Virus record (IMG/VR): IMGVR_UViG_3300016263_000530
Span: 1-31,500 of that record
Strand: one strand, 5' to 3'
Source of the DNA: a virus
Taxonomy: Duplodnaviria > Caudoviricetes
Length of the DNA: 31,500 nucleotides
The position numbers and the translations under genes are program-made. The notes below the pieces were generated by a model. That model was not told where the DNA came from. It made no database searches and saw only the letters and a program-made list of their open reading frames with translations. Of the stretch, positions 1 through 9,585 are shown piece after piece (the first letter of the stretch is position 1; each line of letters opens with the position of its first letter).

Positions 1-762
1 TATTGTCTCTATTTTGATACTGAAGCTGCCATTACAAAGTCACTCGTGGAATCACGCGGCATCGACACATCACGTCTTGTCGTGGTTAATGTTGTCACAA
101 TAGAAGAGTTTCGTGGTAAGGCACTCAAAGCAGTAGATCTATACTTAAAAAAACCTGAGGGAGAACGCAAACCTTGCATGTTTGTGTTAGACTCCCTTGG
201 TATGCTTTCAACTGAAAAAGAAATTACTGACGCACTGAACGATAAACAAGTTCGTGACATGACCAAATCTCAACTGGTCAAAGGTGCTTTTAGAATGCTC
301 ACTTTGAAGTTGGGACAAGCAAACATTCCAATGATAGTTACTAATCATACATACGATGTTATCGGTGCTTACGTTCCTACTAAGGAGATGGGTGGTGGTA
401 GTGGTCTTAAGTATGCCGCTTCTAGTATCATATATCTCAGTAAAAAGAAAGAAAAGGATGGAACAGAAGTCGTTGGAAATATTATCAAGGCAAAGACTGC
501 TAAGTCGCGTTTAAGTAAGGAGAATAAAGATGTTGAAGTCCGTCTGTATTATGATGAGCGCGGCCTTGACCGTTACTATGGTCTTCTGGAACTTGGTGAG
601 ATTGGTGGACTCTGGAAGAATGTAGCAGGACGATATGAAATTGATGGCAAGAAACTGTACGCAAAACAGATTCTTGCAGAACCAGAAAAATACTTCACAT
701 CTGAAGTAATGCAGGCCCTTGATGAAATCGCAGATAGAGAATTCTCTTATGGATCGAATTGA
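1..762 (+). CDS. uvsX: UvsX/RecA-like recombinase, 5'-truncated by the window edge
   Basis: Frame is open from base 1 ([10 protein letters not shown]...). Walker B-like [15 protein letters not shown] and [12 protein letters not shown] are typical of T4-like UvsX, and the gene lies upstream of gp41. Confidence 0.95.
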   Translation, partial: YCLYFDTEAAITKSLVESRGIDTSRLVVVNVVTIEEFRGKALKAVDLYLKKPEGERKPCMFVLDSLGMLSTEKEITDALNDKQVRDMTKSQLVKGAFRMLTLKLGQANIPMIVTNHTYDVIGAYVPTKEMGGGSGLKYAASSIIYLSKKKEKDGTEVVGNIIKAKTAKSRLSKENKDVEVRLYYDERGLDRYYGLLELGEIGGLWKNVAGRYEIDGKKLYAKQILAEPEKYFTSEVMQALDEIADREFSYGSN

Positions 763-2119
763 ATCGACTATTCTATCAAACTTAGTCTACAATGAAAAAT
801 ACTGCAGAAAGGTTCTTCCATTTATCAAACCAGAGTATTTCAATGAAAAAACAGATCGGGTAATCTTTGATGAGATTTGTAAGTTTGTTGTCAAATATGG
901 AAACATGGCAACAAAGGAGATTTTAAACATTGAACTTGAGAATAGAAGAGATCTCTCAGATTCTGATTTGAAGACTTCTTGTGATGTTGTAACTTCTCTT
1001 GAAGATAAGGAATCCAACTATGATTGGTTGGTGACTACAACTGAAAAGTGGTGTCGTGATCGTGCAATCTATCTTGCACTCATGGAATCAGTTCAACTTG
1101 TAGATGATGAGAATAATAAGAAGAGTAGGGATTCTATTCCTGAGATTCTGAGTAATGCTCTTGCAGTTTCTTTTGACCATAATATTGGTCATGACTACAT
1201 AGAAGATTATTTGGATCGATATGACTCATATCATCGAACCGAAGAAAAAATTTCTTTTGATCTGGAGTTCTTCAACAAGATTACAAAGGGTGGTCTTCCC
1301 AACAAAACTCTCAATATTGCTCTTGCAGGCACTGGTGTGGGTAAGTCACTTTTTATGTGTCATGTTGCTAGTTCTGTTCTATTGCAAGGTAAGAACGTTT
1401 TGTATGTTACACTGGAGATGTCTGAAGAGAAGATTGCGGAACGTATTGACGCAAATCTTTTGAACGTAAATGTTCAGGATCTCTCTAACATTTCTATGGA
1501 AAACTATGAAACCAGGATTCAGAAACTTTCCAAGAAAACACAAGGCAAATTGATCATCAAAGAATATCCAACTGCTTCTGCACATGCAGGTCACTTTAAA
1601 GCTTTGCTAAGTGAACTGTCGTTGAAGAAGTCATTCAAACCAGATATTATCTTTGTTGATTATCTGAACATCTGCTCTTCTTCTAGATACAAAGGAACAG
1701 TAGTTAACTCTTATACTTATGTTAAGGCAATTGCTGAGGAACTTAGAGGATTGGCTGTTGAACACAACGTCCCCATCGTTAGTGCTACTCAAACTACTCG
1801 TTCTGGGTATGGCAATTCTGATGTTGACCTTACTGACACTTCTGAATCCTTTGGTCTTCCTGCTACTGCCGATCTTATGTTTGCTCTTATTAGTTCCGAA
1901 GAACTAGAAAATCTGGGACAAATTATGGTCAAACAACTTAAGAATAGGTATAATGATCCGACAATGAATAAGAGATTTGTTGTTGGTATTGATCGAGCAA
2001 AGATGAAATTGTTTGATGTCGATCAGTCTGCCCAACGTGACATTGTTGACAGTGGGCAAGAAGAAGAGTATAATTACTCTGATAAACCTAAAAAGTCGTT
2101 TGAAGGATTTAAATTTTAA
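749..2119 (+). CDS. gp41: DnaB-like replicative helicase (T4 gp41)
   Basis: Walker [35 protein letters not shown] and KQLKNRY. Likely start is ATG 749 (MDRIE). Confidence 0.95.
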   Translation: MDRIESTILSNLVYNEKYCRKVLPFIKPEYFNEKTDRVIFDEICKFVVKYGNMATKEILNIELENRRDLSDSDLKTSCDVVTSLEDKESNYDWLVTTTEKWCRDRAIYLALMESVQLVDDENNKKSRDSIPEILSNALAVSFDHNIGHDYIEDYLDRYDSYHRTEEKISFDLEFFNKITKGGLPNKTLNIALAGTGVGKSLFMCHVASSVLLQGKNVLYVTLEMSEEKIAERIDANLLNVNVQDLSNISMENYETRIQKLSKKTQGKLIIKEYPTASAHAGHFKALLSELSLKKSFKPDIIFVDYLNICSSSRYKGTVVNSYTYVKAIAEELRGLAVEHNVPIVSATQTTRSGYGNSDVDLTDTSESFGLPATADLMFALISSEELENLGQIMVKQLKNRYNDPTMNKRFVVGIDRAKMKLFDVDQSAQRDIVDSGQEEEYNYSDKPKKSFEGFKF

Positions 2120-2535
2120 TGGATATTACTACGCATGTTGATTTTTCTCGATATACTGAATTTGTTGATGCTGTAACTAGTTCTGCATCTAAAGACTCCA
2201 ATGTATTTGTATCAAGAATCCAAGAACTTAATGAACAAGGTTGTGATGTTCACCGACTCCTGACTGCTGCTGTTGGTATCAGTGCAGAGGGTGGTGAGTT
2301 TATGGAGATTGTGAAGAAGATGGTGTTTCAAGGTAAACCCTGGAACCAAGACAACATTGAACATCTTCAAATCGAACTAGGTGACATTCTTTGGTATGTT
2401 GCACAAGCATGTATTGCATTAGATGTCAAGTTTGATGATGTTGTTCTGCGTAATGTGAACAAACTGATGAAGAGGTATCCTGAAGGTGCCTTTGATGTTT
2501 ATTTTTCTGAAAACCGTGCTTCTGATGATCGATGA
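2119..2535 (+). CDS. mazG: MazG-like nucleotide pyrophosphohydrolase
   Basis: EGGEFMEIVKK and ELGDILWY acidic motifs and KLMKRYP; usual position after gp41 in cyanomyoviruses. Confidence 0.9.
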   Translation: MDITTHVDFSRYTEFVDAVTSSASKDSNVFVSRIQELNEQGCDVHRLLTAAVGISAEGGEFMEIVKKMVFQGKPWNQDNIEHLQIELGDILWYVAQACIALDVKFDDVVLRNVNKLMKRYPEGAFDVYFSENRASDDR

Positions 2536-2714
2536 GTAAAAAAGATACTATTAAAATTGAACTGAATACAAAGACTGCAATTGAAGTTCTTCTAGTTTTA
2601 GAAACTGCTACTAATGGATATAGTAAAGAGTTTCCTCCCGAGAGGATTGTAAGACTTCGAGAACTTATGTCTGACATTGATTCTAAGTTAGAAAAAACTT
2701 TACTTGGTGAGTAA
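2532..2714 (+). CDS. Hypothetical protein (60 aa)
   Basis: ORF with an ATGA overlap on the mazG stop, followed by a terminator-like hairpin. Confidence 0.7.
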   Translation: MSKKDTIKIELNTKTAIEVLLVLETATNGYSKEFPPERIVRLRELMSDIDSKLEKTLLGE

Positions 2715-2718
2715 CATT

Positions 2719-2754
2719 AACCCCTCCTAAATATTGGGAGGGGTTTTTATTTTT
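2719..2754 (+). terminator. Hairpin plus T-run containing a late-promoter-like CTAAATA (2727-2733) and the SD of the next gene
   Basis: AACCCCTCCTAA pairs with TTGGGAGGGGTT (one G-U), followed by TTTATTTTT and ATG 2755. Confidence 0.7.
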
Positions 2755-3681
2755 ATGGCTAGTTTATCACCTTCGGAATTAACAAAAAGAAATAATTTTA
2801 GTCTTTTCCTTGCAAGAATTCGTGCAGGTCAAGAGTTTACTTTATCAAATGCCGGTGGTAAGAAAATTAGACTCAATAAAAGTATATTGACAAAATTAAA
2901 AAAGATAACTGATTTTGACAAGTTTAAGGTAGGTCAAAGTATAATATTGCCAACTGCAAATAGTGGAACTGTAAAACTAACTGAAATTTATAAAGACTCT
3001 ATCTTCAGTGGAAGAACCCAAAGCACTACTGCAGCTGAAGATGCAGAGGTAAAAGATTTAAATGAACAACTGGAAAAAATAAAACAAAAAGAAGGTGTTG
3101 ATTTTGTTAAAGTGAAAGTTGGAAAAAATGTATACAACGTTACTTCAGTTGTCAGTACTCCAGGAACTCCAAAATCAGATTTTAGTTTTCTTGATGTCAA
3201 TGGAAATAGGGTAGGTCATATATCACACAAAGATGGAACTAATCCAAGAGGATTTCAACAGTGGGCAGGTACTTCTCAAAGAGTAGAACCTTTAATTTAT
3301 GGTCATCCAGAAACACAAGATTTTATTAATACGTTGAAAAATATGTTTCCTGATGGAATGCCACCAGCCACTACAGTTGGGAGAAAAATAAAAGATAATA
3401 CATTAAAAAATCTTGCTGTATATGGGTCTGGATTTGGTGGTTCACCTGGAATCAATAATGTAGATTTAACAGTTCAGGGCAAAATGACACTGAAAAAGCG
3501 TGGTCCACTTTACGAAGTGTCTGGATCCTCGCACGAAAACGTAAATGGTAGTAAAATAGATGGTGGATACGAACCCATCTTCCTTGCGGTCTACAAAGGT
3601 GATAGAAGTGACCATGGAATAAAAAGTGCAAGGATAACAATCAATCCAATTGGTGGAAGAACAGTAAAGCAATTTGTATGA
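2755..3681 (+). CDS. Putative PD-(D/E)xK-like nuclease (308 aa)
   Basis: TPKSDF...ISHKD resembles a D...SxK variant of the restriction-endonuclease motif; GGAGGGG lies upstream of ATG 2755. Confidence 0.5.
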   Translation: MASLSPSELTKRNNFSLFLARIRAGQEFTLSNAGGKKIRLNKSILTKLKKITDFDKFKVGQSIILPTANSGTVKLTEIYKDSIFSGRTQSTTAAEDAEVKDLNEQLEKIKQKEGVDFVKVKVGKNVYNVTSVVSTPGTPKSDFSFLDVNGNRVGHISHKDGTNPRGFQQWAGTSQRVEPLIYGHPETQDFINTLKNMFPDGMPPATTVGRKIKDNTLKNLAVYGSGFGGSPGINNVDLTVQGKMTLKKRGPLYEVSGSSHENVNGSKIDGGYEPIFLAVYKGDRSDHGIKSARITINPIGGRTVKQFV

Positions 3682-4856
3682 AAAACACTCACCTCGAACA
3701 TCTGGAAGACGACATCCTGAATAACGGAACTCAGGGTGGAAAAGATGCAATCGCTTTTCTGAAATCTCTCGGTAAGATGTTGTCTTCTGGTGACTCTGGA
3801 ATGAGAATCACCACAAAGTGGGATGGTGCCCCTGCAGTTATTTGTGGAACTGATCCTGAGAACGGTAAGTTTTTTGTTGGAACTAAATCTGTCTTTAATA
3901 AGACAACTCCCAAAATTTGTTATTCCGAATCTGACGTTGATGCACTATATCCTTCTGGTGGATTGAATGAAAAACTGAAGACTGCATATCGATATCTTTC
4001 TCAACTTGGTATTCGTGGAGTTGTTCAGGGAGATCTTCTTTTCACTGATGATAAACATGTTGGTGTAATTGGTGGTCAACAGGTATACCACTTTACTCCT
4101 AATACAATTACCTATGCTGTTCCTAAAAACTCAGAAATTGGGAAAAGGGTAGAAAATGCTAAGATGGGTATTGTTTTTCATACTACCTATCGTGGTTCTT
4201 CTTTAGGATCTATGTCAGCTTCTTTTGGAGCAAAAGTGAACGGTAGTAATAATGTTTTTGTTGCATCTGCAGATTTCTCAAATGCTAGTGGTGCAGCTAA
4301 CTTTACTACAGTAGAAAGGAATCAATATAATTCTCTTGTCAATCGTGCAGAAGGTTCTCTGAAACAAGCTTCTGTATTTTTAAATATTCTAAATACAAAA
4401 GATAAATTTTCTTATCATGCTCTGTTTAAACAATTCTTTAATTCTTATATTCGATCTGGAGCTAAATTTGGAACCGTGAATGACACAGTTTCTGCTTTTG
4501 CTGCATATTTTTCTCAATTGATTGATAAAGAAATTGCATCAAAAAAGACAAAAACTGCACAAGATAAATATAAGAAGATTAAAGATGATGGATTGAAGTT
4601 TATTAAAGTAAATAAAAACTCAATTTATTTTACTGTTGCTTCGTACTTTAATTTGATCAAGGCAAAAGACTTTGTTATTAAAAAACTATCCTCTGTAAAT
4701 ACTTTTGGAACTTTCCTAAAAACAGAAGATGGTTATCGTGTAACTGCTCCTGAAGGATTTGTTGCAATCAAATCTGGAAGAGCTTTAAAACTTGTTGATC
4801 GTTTAGAGTTTAGTAGAGCTAATTTTACCGCTTCAAAGAATTGGGATAAAGGATGA
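3678..4856 (+). CDS. Ligase/capping-enzyme superfamily nucleotidyltransferase-like protein
   Basis: Motif I TTKWDG, motif III-like VQGDLLF, motif IV-like PEGFV and motif V-like LKLVDR; ATGA-coupled to both neighbours. Confidence 0.6.
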   Translation: MKNTHLEHLEDDILNNGTQGGKDAIAFLKSLGKMLSSGDSGMRITTKWDGAPAVICGTDPENGKFFVGTKSVFNKTTPKICYSESDVDALYPSGGLNEKLKTAYRYLSQLGIRGVVQGDLLFTDDKHVGVIGGQQVYHFTPNTITYAVPKNSEIGKRVENAKMGIVFHTTYRGSSLGSMSASFGAKVNGSNNVFVASADFSNASGAANFTTVERNQYNSLVNRAEGSLKQASVFLNILNTKDKFSYHALFKQFFNSYIRSGAKFGTVNDTVSAFAAYFSQLIDKEIASKKTKTAQDKYKKIKDDGLKFIKVNKNSIYFTVASYFNLIKAKDFVIKKLSSVNTFGTFLKTEDGYRVTAPEGFVAIKSGRALKLVDRLEFSRANFTASKNWDKG

Positions 4857-5932
4857 AAAGTTTTTTAAGATTTCTGTCAGAAGCTGAGACTGCTGCATCT
4901 ACAAAAGCCAAACAAATGGGCTTGCAGGGTAACGGTCATGGCGATTGGTATGACAAAAAGGGTAGGTTGGTAGCCAAGACAGTTAAGGGTCAGTTAAAAA
5001 TATTTGGTCAAGGTGCAGGACCGCAACAACAAGCAACGCCTCAAATTGATCCGCAGGGTCAATTAAATCAGTATGCTCAACAGTCTGCAGCTGCAGAACA
5101 GGAAAGACAAGCTGCAGAACAAGAACAATCTCAAGACTTGGGGACCCTTACAATTGCTTTTGGTAGATTTAATCCACCAACTGCTGGTCATGAAAAACTT
5201 CTTAAGAAGGTTGCAAATGTTGCCAAAGATGGTGATTATGTAATTTACCCATCAAGGTCTCATGATCCTAAAAAGAATCCATTGGACCCTGATACTAAGA
5301 TTGGATTCATGAAACAAATGTTTCCAGATCACGCAGAACATATTCAGAATGATGCAAATGCAAAATCAATATTTGATGTTTTGAAATCTGCTCACGAACA
5401 AGGATACTCTGGTGTAAACATTGTAGTTGGATCTGATCGTCTTCCTGAGTTTGAAAAACTTGCAAACAACTACAATGGAAAACTTTACGACTTCCAAAAC
5501 ATTCAAGTTGTTTCTGCTGGGGAAAGAGATCCTGATGCAGATGATGTAAGTGGTATGTCTGCATCCAAATTGAGAGCCGCAGCATTAGAGAATGACTTCG
5601 ATTCCTTTATGAAAGGAATGCCTAAGGCGATGGATGAGAAAAAATCAAAACAACTTTTCTCTCAAATCCAACAATCAATGAAAGAAAAGGCTAAGAAAAA
5701 GACTAAGAAAGAATCGTTTGAACTTTGGGAAGTTGCTCCCAAACTCGATCAACAGAATCTCAGAGAAAACTTTATCAACAAAAATATTTTTGGTGTAGGT
5801 AAGTTGGTAGAAAATCTAAACACAGGTTTAGTTGGAAGAATCATAAGATCTGGGGCTAACCACCTTATTTGTCTAACTAAAGAGGGAATAATGTTCAAAT
5901 CTTGGATCACTGATGTCAATGAAATTGACTAA
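4853..5932 (+). CDS. Cytidylyltransferase-like (HxGH family) nucleotidyltransferase with N-terminal extension
   Basis: FGRFNPPTAGH, VVGSDR and MSASKLR motifs, preceded by a Q-rich linker. Confidence 0.85.
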   Translation: MKSFLRFLSEAETAASTKAKQMGLQGNGHGDWYDKKGRLVAKTVKGQLKIFGQGAGPQQQATPQIDPQGQLNQYAQQSAAAEQERQAAEQEQSQDLGTLTIAFGRFNPPTAGHEKLLKKVANVAKDGDYVIYPSRSHDPKKNPLDPDTKIGFMKQMFPDHAEHIQNDANAKSIFDVLKSAHEQGYSGVNIVVGSDRLPEFEKLANNYNGKLYDFQNIQVVSAGERDPDADDVSGMSASKLRAAALENDFDSFMKGMPKAMDEKKSKQLFSQIQQSMKEKAKKKTKKESFELWEVAPKLDQQNLRENFINKNIFGVGKLVENLNTGLVGRIIRSGANHLICLTKEGIMFKSWITDVNEID

Positions 5933-5935
5933 TGT

Positions 5936-5943
5936 TATAAATA
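5936..5943 (+). promoter_or_regulatory. T4-type late promoter
   Basis: Exact TATAAATA about 25 nt upstream of ATG 5969. Confidence 0.75.
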
Positions 5944-5968
5944 AAAATAAATTAAAGTCATAGTAAAA

Positions 5969-7528
5969 ATGTCTAATCCCTGGAATAAACCTTTTGAAGA
6001 CCTTAGATCTTCTTTAACTGAAGAAGAAAAAAAGCCACAAGAGAACATTGTAAAAAAAGTTAGACAAGCTGTATACGATATTCGTTATCGTGCTAGAAGA
6101 GAAGACATTCCTCTTGCAAAAGCATTTAGTCAGTACATGGCTAATAGTGGTCTTGGTCCACAGATCAAGTCTCTTGTTAGAGCAAAACTAGGGGAAGAAC
6201 TAGAACTAGATTTGGATTTTATTGAAGAAGAAAAGAAAAAGGGAGATAAGTATAAAGTTAGAGTCAAAGATGCAGCATCTGACAAATCTTATGTTCGTTA
6301 TGCTTCTAGAGAGAAGATCGAACAATTAAGAAAAAATCCACAAATTAGTTCTGTTGAAATGACAGATCACGGCGAACCATACGAAGGTAAGTATAAAAAG
6401 TCTGGCAAAAACACTGTAGGTGATGCTGATGGCGATGGAACTAAGGAGGATGATTCGCATGAATATGCAGGTGTAAAAGATAGGGCAATTAAAAAAGCAA
6501 TTGCAACTCGTAAAGAATCATATTCGAACTGGAGACAAGATTTCGAAAATTTTTTTTTTGAATCAACAATAGAGGAAAAAGTACTACCGTCTTCTCCTTA
6601 TGTTGATGTGATGCCAGAGAAAAAAAATGACTCTGCTTTTGGATCAACTCTTCCTGGAGAGAAAGGAAATAATAGATTAAGACCAAAAAGTGCTTATCAA
6701 GTGAAGACCGAAGAAGTTCAATCAATCATTGAAGAACTTGGTGGAGAATTATTAAATCTTGATGAAGTAGCTCCTCTTGCAATTGGTGCTGGTGCTCTTG
6801 CTTTAAGGGCAGCACCACATGTTATTAGAGCTGTACGAGCCGCTAGAGCTGCACAGACATTAAGTAAAGTTTCAAGATCAACCTCCGCAGTTTCTAAAAT
6901 TATTAAGAGTCCAAGAATTGTTTCTAAGACTGCACCAAAACCAACTACCCCAAAACCAATTCATAGACCTGGGCAAAAACCATCAACACCAAAACCATCC
7001 ACTGCACCAAAACCACCAAAAACTCCTGGACCAAAACCAGGACCAGGAAAACCATCGACCCCAACCACTCCAACTTCTCCACCAAAACCTGGAACTAAAC
7101 CACAACCTCATAGACCTGGGCAAAAACCACAGAAAACTCCTGGACAACCTAAACCAAGTCCATCAAAACCAAGTCCATCAAAACCAAGTCCTGGAAGAAA
7201 ACCATCACCTATTCCGACCAAACCACAACCACAACCACAAGTCCAACCACAACCACAAGTCCAACCTCAAGTTCAACCACAACCACAAAAACTTAAGTTG
7301 CCAGTTAAAACTGCTGTTGGATCTGGACTAGTGGGAACTGCAACTGCAGTTGGGACTAGTTTGATGGATAAACTCAAGAAAAAAATTGGAACCCCACCAC
7401 CTGCAGGTAGAAGAGGGCCTGGCAGCGGTCCAATCAAATCTGGTGGTAGACTGCCTTTACCAAAAATTCCAAAACTTGAAGAACCTAATAGATCAATTGG
7501 AATTGATGTTGCTAGAAAGTTGACCTAA
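5969..7528 (+). CDS. Probable virion/internal head protein with a Pro/Lys-rich low-complexity C-terminal half
   Basis: Late promoter upstream; charged N-terminal half with DADGDG; long PK/PQ-rich tract. Confidence 0.6.
   Translation: MSNPWNKPFEDLRSSLTEEEKKPQENIVKKVRQAVYDIRYRARREDIPLAKAFSQYMANSGLGPQIKSLVRAKLGEELELDLDFIEEEKKKGDKYKVRVKDAASDKSYVRYASREKIEQLRKNPQISSVEMTDHGEPYEGKYKKSGKNTVGDADGDGTKEDDSHEYAGVKDRAIKKAIATRKESYSNWRQDFENFFFESTIEEKVLPSSPYVDVMPEKKNDSAFGSTLPGEKGNNRLRPKSAYQVKTEEVQSIIEELGGELLNLDEVAPLAIGAGALALRAAPHVIRAVRAARAAQTLSKVSRSTSAVSKIIKSPRIVSKTAPKPTTPKPIHRPGQKPSTPKPSTAPKPPKTPGPKPGPGKPSTPTTPTSPPKPGTKPQPHRPGQKPQKTPGQPKPSPSKPSPSKPSPGRKPSPIPTKPQPQPQVQPQPQVQPQVQPQPQKLKLPVKTAVGSGLVGTATAVGTSLMDKLKKKIGTPPPAGRRGPGSGPIKSGGRLPLPKIPKLEEPNRSIGIDVARKLT
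7151..7288 (+). repeat. Coding tandem repeats (KPSPS units, then PQPQVQ units)
   Basis: AAACCAAGTCCATCA twice plus a partial third copy (7151-7191), then CAACCACAACCACAAGTC-type units (about 7220-7288). Confidence 0.85.
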
Positions 7529-7565
7529 TCTAAATAGTGATATAACCTCTTAAGGAGAAAAGACC

Positions 7566-7742
7566 ATGAATGTTCTTTTAAAAGTCGGTGAAAGTTTAGT
7601 TCTTATGTTTTGGCAAAGTTGTGAAGTGAAAAAGTTCACAGTACGTCTTCTTGAAAAATATGTAGATACGACAGATAATGATGTTGACAATATGGTAGTA
7701 GAATTAGTCAAATCAAAACTTTTAATTAATTGTTCTAAGTAA
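7566..7742 (+). CDS. Small hypothetical protein, 58 aa (MNVLLKVGES...TDNDVDN...CSK), absent from the ORF track
   Basis: CTAAATA at 7530-7536, SD TAAGGAG, ATG 7566 to TAA 7742, then a terminator. Confidence 0.8.
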   Translation: MNVLLKVGESLVLMFWQSCEVKKFTVRLLEKYVDTTDNDVDNMVVELVKSKLLINCSK

Positions 7743-7748
7743 TAGTAT

Positions 7749-7781
7749 AGGAGAAGTTCTACTTCTCCTTTTTTATAAATA
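7749..7781 (+). terminator. Rho-independent terminator running directly into late promoter TATAAATA (7774-7781)
   Basis: AGGAGAAGT-TCT-ACTTCTCCT followed by a T-run. Confidence 0.85.
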
Positions 7782-7812
7782 TTTTAAAGATAAATTTTCA
7801 TAGGTAACAAAC

Positions 7813-8577
7813 ATGGCTCTCTGGGGAAACAACGACAATAAAGGATCTGGAGGAACAGTATCTCTAGACTATTCTACTTTAGTTGTTACTGGATCTGGCA
7901 CTTCTTTTGGTCAAGTTGGAGCTGCAGCTACAGGAGATGTGATTCGTTTTGGTATTAGAGGTTCTGGTGGAATTTATTTTGGCGATGCAGTTATCGTTGG
8001 AATTGCAAGCACAACTCAACTTTCTATTGCTTCTACTGCTGGACTGAGTGGTGCAGCTATTGCTTCTACTAGTTTCTATATCAGCCAACTTCCAAAATAT
8101 ACAGTTTTAGACTCTTCTTTCAGTAACAAGAATGATGCTGCATCAACGTTGAGAAATTTTGGTGTTACTGGAACAGCCACTACCAACGCTGGAATTGGTA
8201 CTGATGTAATTCCAGTCGTAACTTCGGGTATTGATGTTAGAGATGGAGATACTCTATTAAACAATGGAAATGATATTGTCATTTCTACCGTAGGTGCAAC
8301 TACAATCTCTCTTGGTTCTACAATTTCTGCTGGGATTGCAACTGGTGCTACTCTTGTTTTCAAGAGATATGTTGATGGATACGATAAGCAGGTTTATGGT
8401 TTGAGTACTAGTGCATATTCGAACGTTTCGACTGCATACAGAACCAGTGGTGAGGGTTGGGTAGGAGTTACTACTTATATCGATACTCATGGCAACCTAA
8501 GAGTTAAGAGTGAAGTCTTAGTTGCTATGTCTGGTATTCAAACAGGTTCTGATGGAATCTTGTATCCAACACCATGA
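7813..8577 (+). CDS. Probable virion structural protein
   Basis: Late promoter; G/T/S-rich composition; MALWG start and GWVGVTTY...RVKSEVLVAMSGI C-terminus recalled from cyanomyovirus structural proteins. Confidence 0.6.
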   Translation: MALWGNNDNKGSGGTVSLDYSTLVVTGSGTSFGQVGAAATGDVIRFGIRGSGGIYFGDAVIVGIASTTQLSIASTAGLSGAAIASTSFYISQLPKYTVLDSSFSNKNDAASTLRNFGVTGTATTNAGIGTDVIPVVTSGIDVRDGDTLLNNGNDIVISTVGATTISLGSTISAGIATGATLVFKRYVDGYDKQVYGLSTSAYSNVSTAYRTSGEGWVGVTTYIDTHGNLRVKSEVLVAMSGIQTGSDGILYPTP

Positions 8578-8583
8578 TAGTTT

Positions 8584-8958
8584 ATGATATTTAATGAGTT
8601 GAATGAGGATAATTATCTCTTATTTGCTATAAAACACTATAATAATTGTCAGTCTACGACAAAAGAAGATTTCTTCAATGATATGAAGAGATTTAAATAT
8701 GTCAAGAGACTTTTGAAGAGGTATCATAATACTGGTGAATTGAAAACTCATTTGATCATTAACCATGTGATTATATTGTTCAATATTTTTTCTGACGCTA
8801 CTATTCCTCTTTTATTTTTTAAACTTGAGGAAGAGTTGTGGTCTTACTTAAAAAGTTTTCTAGTTTTTCTGGATAAAATTCCAGAGTATCCTAGAACAGT
8901 ACTAAATGACTTGACCCCAGATCAAAAAATTATCGAAGAACTAAATCTAATTAAATGA
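8584..8958 (+). CDS. Conserved T4-like cyanophage hypothetical protein
   Basis: MIFNELNEDNYLLFAIKHY...RFKYVKRLL recognised as a recurrent unknown gene upstream of the primase. Confidence 0.75.
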   Translation: MIFNELNEDNYLLFAIKHYNNCQSTTKEDFFNDMKRFKYVKRLLKRYHNTGELKTHLIINHVIILFNIFSDATIPLLFFKLEEELWSYLKSFLVFLDKIPEYPRTVLNDLTPDQKIIEELNLIK

Positions 8959-9173
8959 CTAAGTTAGAGAAAATTATAGAATTAGTTAGATCAAATTTGA
9001 ATGAAGAACCAACAATGTCTGCTGGTTCTGGGGGATTTAGTAATGCATCTTCACCTTCTGGTCCAGTTGCAGGATACGATAAGCCTTTGGATTTTAGAAC
9101 ACGATTAGGCAGAAGGGTTAAATTACAACCTATTGCTAAAAAAGAGGCTAAAAATGTTAGGGTCAAACGCTAA
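8955..9173 (+). CDS. Hypothetical protein (72 aa)
   Basis: ATGA-coupled ORF. Confidence 0.65.
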   Translation: MTKLEKIIELVRSNLNEEPTMSAGSGGFSNASSPSGPVAGYDKPLDFRTRLGRRVKLQPIAKKEAKNVRVKR

Positions 9174-9585
9174 AGATCTTGCTAAATTAGATGTTCTAGA
9201 ATCCAAACTCAATATCTACGAAAGTTTGTCTAGAGAAATGTTGGACAAACTTGAGAGTGCAGTCGATAAAATATCTGAATCAAATCAACGCATCGCTAAT
9301 ATTTTAGCCAAACATGACGAAAGAATTGAACAAAGTATCAAGACTGATGAAATTATTATTAAAATGATTGAGGATGTGAGACATTCGAATTCTGAAGAAC
9401 ACAAGTCTGTCACTACAAGAATTAAAGCAGTTGAAGATAGTGTTGCAGAACTTTCAAAATTTAAATGGCAAGCGCTTGCTTTGGTTGGTGCTGCAGTCAT
9501 CTCTATTGGATTTGTTGTCCCCTTTATTGACAACATGATTGGAACCAACTATAATGGAGGAAGCCGACAAACCCAAGTTAGATAA
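9154..9585 (+). CDS. Coiled-coil protein with one C-terminal transmembrane segment
   Basis: GAGG SD before ATG 9154; heptad-like body followed by WQALALVGAAVISIGFVVPF. Confidence 0.7.
   Translation: MLGSNAKDLAKLDVLESKLNIYESLSREMLDKLESAVDKISESNQRIANILAKHDERIEQSIKTDEIIIKMIEDVRHSNSEEHKSVTTRIKAVEDSVAELSKFKWQALALVGAAVISIGFVVPFIDNMIGTNYNGGSRQTQVR

Noticed and set aside
7151-7288. Possible CRISPR-like array
   Set aside because: Repeats are in-frame coding units with no unique spacers.
6918-7331. Alternative-frame 137-aa His/Gln/Asn-rich ORF
   Set aside because: Frame shadow of the CCA/AAA-rich Pro-Lys tract; no SD or independent signal.
9154-9585. Holin or spanin assignment for the coiled-coil/TM protein
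   Set aside because: Only the topology fits; it has no lysis-gene neighbours or family motif.
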